Position numbers and translations under genes: made by a program. A stretch of 64,000 nucleotides of DNA, taken from the NCBI GenBank assembly GCA_041393415.1, contig JAWKKE010000009.1, positions 2,571-66,570 of the forward strand, given 5' to 3'. Below are positions 56,757 to 64,000 of this stretch, piece by piece. How positions within the stretch are numbered: the stretch's first letter is position 1; the number at the start of each line of letters is the position of its first letter. Source of the DNA: Thermoleophilia bacterium (GTDB taxonomy: Bacteria; Actinomycetota; Thermoleophilia; UBA2241). Under the pieces are notes generated by a model. The model made no database searches. It was not told the DNA's origin and was given only the letters and a program-made list of their open reading frames with translations.

Positions 56757-57125
56757 CTACTCAGGCACTCGTGACGAGTGATGTTCGATGATGCGCCAGC
56801 CGTCCGCGCTCTGGCGATAGACGTACGTGAAGCGCGCCGCGACCACCGATCCGTCGGCAAAGGCGAATGTGTAGCGCCCCGAGCTGACGGCCAAGTCACC
56901 GAAGACGCGCACGTTGGCCTCGTCGATCACGCCGCGCGGACCCCCGGCGACGACCTGTTCGAAGTAGTCGCGGATCTCGGCGTGGTTGCGGCGCACCCGG
57001 CTGGAGACCGTCGGCAGAAGGATGGCGTCGCTTGCGTACAGCTCCGTGACCTTGCCGGCGTCGCCGGCCTGCAGCGCCGCGATCCAGGCTTCGAGCAACG
57101 CCAGAATCTCGCTCTCGGAGCCCAC
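56757..57125 (-). CDS. SnoaL-like/DUF4440 (NTF2-fold) protein
   Basis: 122 aa. Contains ILALLEAWIAALQAGDAGKVTELYASDAILLPT and WRIIEHHSS. Confidence 0.65.
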   Translation of the reverse strand: MGSESEILALLEAWIAALQAGDAGKVTELYASDAILLPTVSSRVRRNHAEIRDYFEQVVAGGPRGVIDEANVRVFGDLAVSSGRYTFAFADGSVVAARFTYVYRQSADGWRIIEHHSSRVPE

Positions 57126-57566
57126 TCACACCTCCCTCGCCGCCGCCTCGCCGCCGCAACACTGACAGAAAGCCCATCGCCACGCCACTAGCGCCGGCAG
57201 ATTGCGGAAACCTGCGACGCGAAAAGGCCGCGGACACCGGTCGCGCCGGTTCACGGAGGTCGTCGGCGTGGCATGTCGCTGCTTGGTCAAGACGGCAGAA
57301 GTGCTGGTGAGGCGGATGAATCGAGGCGAACGATACTGAACCGGAGACCGCACGGCGGCAGCCCCCTCAAAACGGTCACCTAGTTCCCCTACCCCATCCA
57401 GCAGACGAACGTCTTCAACTTCCCCAAGTACTCGACCAAGGCTACGGTCTTCGCCAAGGCACGGAGTCAACTAGTGGAGAGCATCGAGAAGGCGCAATAG
57501 TGGACAGGGCAGCGCAGGCCAAGGAGAATGGTCGCAACGAAACTGGGTCGTCTCGGAGGTCGTGAA

Positions 57567-58049
57567 ATGCGCAAGCGCTTATGGGTTCTGGCATTCGTCG
57601 TCGCACTGGCACTGACTGTGGTGGGCTGCGGCAGCTCCGATGAACCTGTCAGCGAGGCAACACCGTCCGACACGACAGCCGCGTCAGCATCGCCGGACGC
57701 AAGCCCCGCGACCGCGAGCTGGACGACCGTCACGACACTCAAGTCGAGCGACCCGCAGAAGATCGAAGGCATACTCATCAGCGAGCCTTTCGAGGTTCAC
57801 GGAACCGCCAAGCTGAAGCTCGACATGCCGGACGGCGGCAGGCTCGACGGCGTCATCGGGGTCATCATCCCGTCGGACAAGGCTACCGATTCCAGCACCA
57901 TCCTCAAAGCAATCACGGACGGGGTGTCCGTTACCTTGATGCCGTCAGCGGCAACCCAGGAGATCCCAGACCTGGACGGCACCTACGTTCTCGTGGACTC
58001 CGTGCCGACTGACAAGACGTGGTCGGTCAAGATCATGACGCAGAAGTGA
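57567..58049 (+). CDS. Hypothetical lipoprotein
   Basis: ATG 57567 lies after GGAGG. MRKRLWVLAFVVALALTVVGCGSS contains a lipobox. Confidence 0.6.
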   Translation: MRKRLWVLAFVVALALTVVGCGSSDEPVSEATPSDTTAASASPDASPATASWTTVTTLKSSDPQKIEGILISEPFEVHGTAKLKLDMPDGGRLDGVIGVIIPSDKATDSSTILKAITDGVSVTLMPSAATQEIPDLDGTYVLVDSVPTDKTWSVKIMTQK

Positions 58050-58113
58050 CGACGGTGACGTGGCCGTGTCGACCAGCGCAACCGCTGGCACCGCAGAGGG
58101 GATAGAACGAAAC

Positions 58114-58139
58114 TGAGACCGGCCCATGGGCCGGTCTCA
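58114..58139. terminator. Perfect hairpin between convergent genes
   Basis: TGAGACCGGCC-CATG-GGCCGGTCTCA. This gives an 11-bp stem. Confidence 0.6.
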
Positions 58140-58181
58140 GCAATCGCACTCCACTGTGCGACGTTGCCGCCAGATCAGCGG

Positions 58182-58757
58182 CTAGCGACTGAGCCACTTG
58201 TGCAAAGACGCGTAGAACCCATCGTCGCCAGTATGGAAGTTGTAGCCAAAGCAGCCCAGCTCGTGCGGCTCAATTGGAATGCTGGGCACCATGATCGTCC
58301 ATTCACCGTCCGCGACCCAGAACTCGTTGAGAGCGAAATCGCCGCCGACGAGCTCGGTCGGGACAACGCCGGTGAAGTCGAAGCTGAACACACCGTCGAG
58401 CGGGCTACTCGCGGGCACATAGCCGTAGTTCTGGATCGTGCCCCATACCTTCACGATAACCTTGGCCTTCACACGATCCCAGCCTTGGTTCATCTTCACG
58501 TCGCCGAGAGCACCGCTCCACTGGATGTTGCTGCCGTTGGGGTCTACGACGAGGCCGGTAACAGCCGGTTCGCTCGTCGCATCAAACGTGAAGGTTCCGT
58601 AGCCACCACTGCTGACCCAGCACATCGACCAGACATGGAGGCCATGTTCTGCGGCATTGTTGCTTGCCGGCGTCGCCAGCGCTGGAACAGACATCGCCAA
58701 GAGCATGACGGCGCTCACGACCAGAAGGCCAAAGTGTTTCCTATACCGTTTCATCAC
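58182..58757 (-). CDS. Hypothetical secreted protein
   Basis: Signal peptide MMKRYRKHFGLLVVSAVMLLAMSVPALA. No family recognised. Local GC is visibly lower than in the flanks. Confidence 0.55.
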   Translation of the reverse strand: MMKRYRKHFGLLVVSAVMLLAMSVPALATPASNNAAEHGLHVWSMCWVSSGGYGTFTFDATSEPAVTGLVVDPNGSNIQWSGALGDVKMNQGWDRVKAKVIVKVWGTIQNYGYVPASSPLDGVFSFDFTGVVPTELVGGDFALNEFWVADGEWTIMVPSIPIEPHELGCFGYNFHTGDDGFYASLHKWLSR

Positions 58758-59123
58758 GACGCTCCTTCAGAGTGGACGTTCCAATTCGTGGAGCTTTCGC
58801 CATGCATCTTCACCCCCTCTGACCTCCTTGCTGCCCTTCCCGCCGACGACGACCCACAGGAGATTCTCGAGACGCAGACCGCAGACACGCGCACGCGTAT
58901 CTGCGGTCCCACGGCGTCACTCCCCTCTCAGAGACGCTTGCCCTACGATGGAAGTCTGGACGCGGCACAGCAGGTTGACAATGTCCGAAGGGACAGGCCA
59001 ACAGACAGTCTTCGCGACGATGGGACTGTCCCGCCGGACAGTGCTCGGCAGATCGAGAGGCCAACGCCCTCTGCCGCCGCTTCGAGAGCGACGCAACGAT
59101 CGCCGCTGAGCCACAGATCGGAC

Positions 59124-59876
59124 TCAGTGCACCGCTTCCCCCTCCTCGCCGGCGGATGTGAGACGAAAGCCCACACCGGGCTCCGTAAGGATGTAGCGCT
59201 CGTTCGTCCCGCCCTCGGCGAGCTTGCGGCGCAGGTGGCTGACGTGCACACGCAGCGCCTGGCGGTCTTCCCCCCACTCCGCTCCCCAGACGCGCTCCAG
59301 GATCATCCGCTGCGTTACGACGCAGTCGACGTTGCGCGCCAGGATGGCGAGGATGTCGAACTCGGTGGGCGTGAGAGCGACCTTCCGCCCGGCCACGGCC
59401 ACCAGTCGCCGGCCGAGGTCGATGCTGAGATCGCGCACGCGCACGACCGGCGGCGGCGACGTCTGGCTCGCGGCGCGGCGCAGTAGCGCCCGCACACGAG
59501 CCAGCAGTTCGCCGGCCGAGAACGGCTTGGTGAGGTAGTCGTCGGCGCCCTCGTCCAGTGCCGTGATCTTGTCGACGTCGTCGGCCCGAACAGAGAGAAT
59601 CAGGATCGGGCCTGAGTACCAAGCGCGGAGTTCCCGGCACACGTCGACTCCCGACATGTCCGGCAGCATCAAGTCGAGGATGACGAGGTCCGGCAACTTG
59701 TCGATCGCCGCGATCAGCGCCTCCTCCCCCGTCGTCGCCTCCGCGACGCTGTACTTGCGTGTCTTAAGGATTGAGCGCAGCGCACGGCGAATCTGCTCCT
59801 CGTCGTCGACCACCAGCACCGTGAGCGCCCGCTCGCGGATCGCGCTCTCTTCCGGAGATGTGGCGAGGTGATTCAT
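59124..59876 (-). CDS. OmpR/KdpE-type response regulator
   Basis: The receiver domain contains VLVVDDEEQIRRAL...DLVILDLMLPDMSG. The winged-helix domain contains LTPTEFDILAILARN...VHVSHLRRKL. ATG 59876 overlaps the kinase stop (ATGA). Confidence 0.85.
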   Translation of the reverse strand: MNHLATSPEESAIRERALTVLVVDDEEQIRRALRSILKTRKYSVAEATTGEEALIAAIDKLPDLVILDLMLPDMSGVDVCRELRAWYSGPILILSVRADDVDKITALDEGADDYLTKPFSAGELLARVRALLRRAASQTSPPPVVRVRDLSIDLGRRLVAVAGRKVALTPTEFDILAILARNVDCVVTQRMILERVWGAEWGEDRQALRVHVSHLRRKLAEGGTNERYILTEPGVGFRLTSAGEEGEAVH

Positions 59877-61411
59877 GCACACCCGCTCGCGCCGTTGACG
59901 ATTGGGAGTTCGACGACGAAACGCGCACCGTGCGGAGACACGTCCTCGACCCTGATCGTGCCGCTGTACTCAAGGACGATTTCGCGCGCGATCGCCAAAC
60001 CAAGACCGGTACCGAACGGTCGCGAGACGCTTGTCTCCGCTCCCCGATAGAACTTCTCGAAGATGAGCTCCTTCTCACCGTCGCTCACCCCGCATCCTTG
60101 GTCCTCCACCCAGACGCGCACGGCGCCATTCCGCGAGCGAGCGCCGACGACGACTGGGGCATCACTGCCGTAGAAGAGGGCGTTCTCGAGCACGTTCTGG
60201 AGAACTCTGCTGACTTGGCCGAAGTCAACACATATCGGCGGCAGATCCGCAGGCAGGTCGAGCTGAACGCGACCGCGCAGATGAACCGGCAGCGCATCGA
60301 GACTGGAGAGCACGATCTCCTCAAGGTCGTTCCAGTCCTTGTTCGGCTTCCACGAGCGCGCCTCCAACCGTGACAGATCGAGAAGCGAGCTGATGCTGTG
60401 GTTGAGTCTGGTCACGTCGACGATGATTGCCCGCAACTCCTCCCTGACAGCCGCCTCCTGCCACTCCGTGTCGCCCTCGAGTAGATTGCTGATCGTCGCC
60501 GTGAGCGCCGCGAGCGGAGTCTTGAGCTCGTGCGACACAGAAGACAGGAGGGTCGACTTGAGCTCGTCCGCTTCACGCAAGGCGTTCGCCCGCGCCGCAG
60601 CGTCCAGCAGGTGCTGGCGCTCAAGGAAGGCCGCCGCAAGATTGGCGACAGACTGAAGCAGCCGGATCTCGGCCTCCGACAGCGTCTCTCGGTCGGCAGG
60701 CTCGACGGCCAACACGCCGTGTGATCGACCGGCGGTCTGCACCGGCAGGTAGATGCCGTGACTCGCAGTCTCCGACTCCCCCGTAATGGCCTCCGAAGGC
60801 AGCGTAAGCGGGCTGACGGCGTCGTGCACCCATGCCGCCGCCTTGAGCTGCGTTGGCCCCATCGGCCGACCATCCTCCGGCGAGACAGCCAATACCCGGC
60901 AACCGGCTCCGTCGTTGCCCACGAACAGCATCACCCGAGCGGTCCGCAGCAGTCGTGACACCTTGGACACGAGCGTGCGCCCCATGGTCTCGCTCGAGCT
61001 CTCCGAGACGAGCGACGTGCTCAGCTCAACCAGCAGGTCCGATTCACGTGCGTGGGCGACCGCCTTGGCTTCTCTCTCCCTCAGTCGCCCCGTCTGCAGT
61101 CCGACCACCAGCCCCACGATGAGCAGCGCACCGAGCGTGAGCCAGTCCTCGCTCGCCGTGACGCGCAGGCTGTGATAGGGGGGCAGAATGAAGTAGTACC
61201 AGGCAAGAAAGCAGAGAACCGCCGACAGGAGCGCGGGCCCAGCTCCGCCGGCCCGCGCAATCAGCGCGACCGTGAGCAGATACAGCAGCGCCCACTGACC
61301 CCTGTCCAGGTACGGCCGGCCGAGCACGAACAGCGCGGTCGCTGCAGCCACTGCCAGCACGGCGACGATGTACGGATGTGAGCGGACGACGGCCCGCAAG
61401 CGACGGCTCAT
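59873..61411 (-). CDS. Sensor histidine kinase, KdpD C-terminal type (DUF4118 membrane domain, GAF-like, HisKA, HATPase_c), without the KdpD N-terminal sensor domain
   Basis: Four TM helices with ALLYLLTVALIARAGG...YYFILPPYHSL. The H-box is SSVSHELKTPLAAL. The ATPase domain contains NVLENALFY...GTGLGLAIA. Confidence 0.8.
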   Translation of the reverse strand: MSRRLRAVVRSHPYIVAVLAVAAATALFVLGRPYLDRGQWALLYLLTVALIARAGGAGPALLSAVLCFLAWYYFILPPYHSLRVTASEDWLTLGALLIVGLVVGLQTGRLREREAKAVAHARESDLLVELSTSLVSESSSETMGRTLVSKVSRLLRTARVMLFVGNDGAGCRVLAVSPEDGRPMGPTQLKAAAWVHDAVSPLTLPSEAITGESETASHGIYLPVQTAGRSHGVLAVEPADRETLSEAEIRLLQSVANLAAAFLERQHLLDAAARANALREADELKSTLLSSVSHELKTPLAALTATISNLLEGDTEWQEAAVREELRAIIVDVTRLNHSISSLLDLSRLEARSWKPNKDWNDLEEIVLSSLDALPVHLRGRVQLDLPADLPPICVDFGQVSRVLQNVLENALFYGSDAPVVVGARSRNGAVRVWVEDQGCGVSDGEKELIFEKFYRGAETSVSRPFGTGLGLAIAREIVLEYSGTIRVEDVSPHGARFVVELPIVNGASGCA

Positions 61412-61595
61412 GGGGCGATGATAACTCGCCCGACCGCCGCGTGAAGATGTGCGGCCGCAGACCTCGCAGTACAGCCGCCGTCACCGTCGGTTCTTCACGC
61501 TTTCTTAGCGCTCGCAGCGCCTACTTTCACGCCTGCTTCACGCGGCTCTCCCTAGCATGATCCCATCGGTAGGTTCGTCTTCGGAGAGGATTGCC

Positions 61596-61778
61596 ATGAC
61601 CAGTGCGCAGATTGTCCCGTTCTTGGAGAAGGTCAAGTTCCCCGCCGCAAAGGCTGAGATCAAGAAGCAGGTCAAGAAGGCCGGCGGGTCTGCGGATGTT
61701 CTGCAGACGCTCGACAAGCTCGAGTTCAAGTGCTACATGCGCCAGAGCGAGGTCGTCGCCGCTCTCGATCTCGCCTGA
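61596..61778 (+). CDS. DUF2795-family small protein
   Basis: ATG 61596 lies after GGAGAGGA. The sequence is MTSAQIVPFLEKVKFPAAKAEIKKQVKKAGGSADVLQTLDKLEFKCY. Confidence 0.6.
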   Translation: MTSAQIVPFLEKVKFPAAKAEIKKQVKKAGGSADVLQTLDKLEFKCYMRQSEVVAALDLA

Positions 61779-61899
61779 CTCGAACAAACGGACCGCGGGC
61801 CCCGGAACGCACGCGACGGCAACGTCGCCAATCCGGTGACACACTGGCGCGCCAAAGCGCCCGCGTAGTCCGCAGATAGTATTCGCAGCTTCGACCATC

Positions 61900-61945
61900 G
61901 GGGCCATTCCTTCACTTCTGAGAACAGCAGTGAAGGAATGGCCCC
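61900..61945. repeat. Perfect 16-bp inverted repeat with 14-nt loop in a ~390-bp non-coding gap
   Basis: GGGGCCATTCCTTCAC (61900-61915), loop ttctgagaacagca, then GTGAAGGAATGGCCCC (61930-61945). Confidence 0.85.
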
Positions 61946-62172
61946 TACGTCTGCCGCCAAGGTACCCCCAACTGTCACTCGATCGCCAGCGCGCGAGAAC
62001 CGAGCAGTCCGCCGCAACCCAAAGGCAATCATCATGACAGCAGCTAGTACGGAGAAGATCGTAGGGCGGCATCAAGACTCCGAGGCAGGAGCCGATAGAG
62101 AGCGAGAGAGAAACGGACCTGCAGAAGTATGCGAGGCGCATTACAGGTCGAATCGGTCCGCGGAGGAGTGCC

Positions 62173-63603
62173 GTGCGAATAACGCGCAAGGTATTTACCG
62201 ATCTCGCCATCTGGCAGGTCGTCCTAGGTCTAGTGATCGGCGCGGTCTTCCCCTTCTTCGTGATGGGTTTGGGAGTGCCGAGGAGTTACGCGCTGACATC
62301 GCAGTTCATCATCAGCTGCCTGCTTGCCGGGGTCACCGCCGGACTCGCCAACCAGTTCATATCGCATCGCGTCGTGGCCACCCGCCTGAAGCGACTGGTC
62401 GACAGCGTCGAGCGCGTACTCAGCGGCGTCGCCAACGATCGCGGCCTGTGTCGCGACAGCCCTGACGCGTGCATGATCCCAGTCGATTCCGACGACGAGA
62501 TCGGCGAGAGCGCGAGAGCCTACAACAAGGTCGTAGCGGCTCTCGCGCAGTCGATGCGCTCGCAGGCCGCGGTACGATCGTTCTCGGAGATGCTGGCCGG
62601 CGAGCTCGAGATCGAGGGCCTCGCCGACCACGCGCTGCGTGAATTCGCGACGCACGCCCACGCGGCCGCCGGCCTCATCGCGTACCAGCGAGACGGCGAA
62701 CTCGCGATCGCCGCCTCGCGCGGCTTCGTCGATGCCTCGACAATCGCCGCCAACGACTACGTGCGCCGCGCCATGGACACGGGGGAGCGCCAGAGGATCG
62801 CGATTCCAGCTGACGCGAGAATCAATGCCGTGGCCGCCGACTTCCGGCCCGCCGAGATTGTCGTGCTCCCCATCGAGCATAAGGGCGACCCCTTGGGGGC
62901 GATTGTTCTGGCGGCCACCAGTCCGTTCGGCGCCGACGAGTATGCCCGCATCGACCTCTTCACCCAGGGACTGGGGCTGGCGCTCAACAACGCCATGGCA
63001 CACGACCGCCTCCAGCGGCTGGCCGCTCTCGATCCGTTGACGGGCATCTACAATCGCCGTTTCGGCCTCAGGCGCTTGCGCGAGGAGTTCGGTCGCACGG
63101 TCCGCGCGCAGTCCCCCCTCGGCGTGCTGATGCTCGACATCGATCGCTTCAAGGCGGTTAACGACAGGTACGGTCACCTCGTCGGCGACAGAGTACTGAA
63201 GCACGTGGCCACCGCCACGCGCTCCGCCATTCGCGAGGGCGACATCCTGCTCCGCTACGGCGGTGAGGAGCTCGTCGTCGTCTTGCCGACGGCTTCCGCG
63301 GAGGACGTACGCGTGCTGGCCGAGCGCATCCGCGAGACGGTCGCCGGCAGCGAAGTCGCGGACGGCGGCAGATCTGTGCGCGTGACGGTGAGCGTCGGCG
63401 CGGTCGCCTTCCATCCCGACGAGGACTCGGCGGAGACCGTCAACAGCGAGGAGACGCTTCTCCAGCTGGCCGACGAGTCCCTCTACCGCGCCAAGGCGTT
63501 GGGCCGCAATCGCGTGATAATCGCCGGGGAATCGGCCCTACGACGCGGCGAAACCGACCGCATGGCCGCGTTCGACGCCGTCCCTCCCGATCTGCACGCG
63601 TGA
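62173..63603 (+). CDS. Membrane-anchored diguanylate cyclase (HAMP-like, GAF, GGDEF)
   Basis: GTG 62173 lies after GGAGGAG. Two N-terminal TM helices are present. The GGDEF domain has active-site RYGGEELVVVL and an RxxD-like I-site region. Confidence 0.8.
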   Translation: MRITRKVFTDLAIWQVVLGLVIGAVFPFFVMGLGVPRSYALTSQFIISCLLAGVTAGLANQFISHRVVATRLKRLVDSVERVLSGVANDRGLCRDSPDACMIPVDSDDEIGESARAYNKVVAALAQSMRSQAAVRSFSEMLAGELEIEGLADHALREFATHAHAAAGLIAYQRDGELAIAASRGFVDASTIAANDYVRRAMDTGERQRIAIPADARINAVAADFRPAEIVVLPIEHKGDPLGAIVLAATSPFGADEYARIDLFTQGLGLALNNAMAHDRLQRLAALDPLTGIYNRRFGLRRLREEFGRTVRAQSPLGVLMLDIDRFKAVNDRYGHLVGDRVLKHVATATRSAIREGDILLRYGGEELVVVLPTASAEDVRVLAERIRETVAGSEVADGGRSVRVTVSVGAVAFHPDEDSAETVNSEETLLQLADESLYRAKALGRNRVIIAGESALRRGETDRMAAFDAVPPDLHA

Positions 63604-63652
63604 TCCACCACGCATCGGCCGGGCGCGGCCGTCCAGCGCCCGCCCCGCTCTC

Positions 63653-64000
63653 TCACGCGCTCTTCGCGCCCCCACTCAGGAACTCCACCAGCGGCGCCTC
63701 CTTCTGGATACCGGTTCGCGTGGAGACGAGCGTACCCCCCTCGATGAACGCCAAGTAGGGAACGCCAAGAACGCCGTACGCGGACGCTGCCTTGCGATCG
63801 GTCGCCGCGTTGACCTTGAAGATCGCGCCGGGATAACGCTTCATGAGCCTATTGACGACGGGGTCGACAGCCTGACAGGCGCGGCACGAGGGAGTGTGAA
63901 AGTAGAGGATCGTTCTCGCCCCCGACTTGATCCGCTTGGCGGATGCCTTGTGCGGCGTCGGCGCCGGCTTGCCCTTGAGCTTGGCTCCTTTGGCAGCCAT
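63653..64000 (-). CDS. Thioredoxin-fold protein (CxxC = SCRAC)
   Basis: Contains ILYFHTPSCRACQAVDPVV...YGVLGVPYLAF. The ATG sits exactly at the window edge, so the true start could lie beyond the window. Confidence 0.65.
   Translation of the reverse strand: MAAKGAKLKGKPAPTPHKASAKRIKSGARTILYFHTPSCRACQAVDPVVNRLMKRYPGAIFKVNAATDRKAASAYGVLGVPYLAFIEGGTLVSTRTGIQKEAPLVEFLSGGAKSA

Noticed and set aside
1-64000. Mobile elements, prophage, integrases, tRNA or rRNA genes.
   Set aside because: I recognised no transposase, integrase or phage signatures, and no tRNA-like or rRNA-like sequences in the non-coding gaps. This was an eye scan only.

Overview
High-GC (roughly two-thirds G+C by eye, not computed) chromosomal segment from a Gram-positive-type bacterium. 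Gene content looks Actinomycetota-like: UPF0182, TrkAH, AddAB and a tkt-tal-pgi-gnd-zwf-pgl operon. I can support about 50 protein genes, one RNase P RNA, several hairpin terminators and a few repeats. I saw no rRNA, tRNA, CRISPR array or recognisable transposase.

Main observations:
1. A peroxiredoxin gene, split into two ORFs in the track, has an in-frame TGA exactly at the peroxidatic-cysteine codon, followed by a SECIS-like hairpin. This predicts a selenoprotein.
2. An ~8 kb cluster (47.2-55.6 kb) encodes Mrp/NBP35, a COG1237-type MBL protein, DUF5320, a TsaA-like protein, two MinD-type 4Fe-4S ATPases, two NifX-like proteins, DUF134 and a MoxR-VWA pair. It has no nitrogenase genes. Its promoters share a 12-bp palindrome (GAGCATATGCTC type).
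3. A ~1.7 kb stretch inside that cluster carries three recognisable genes that change reading frame every 40-80 nt, while the flanking genes are intact.
4. An RNase P RNA is hidden under the spurious N-terminal extension of the 1286-aa ORF.
5. An MMPL transporter carries a ~320-aa xLxxGxx heptad-repeat insertion.
6. A giant FG-GAP/LamG surface protein has one repeat unit encoded out of frame between two compensating indels.

Many long ORFs in the track are antisense or off-frame shadows typical of high-GC DNA and are not called. All family assignments come from reading motifs and from memory; no searches were run.
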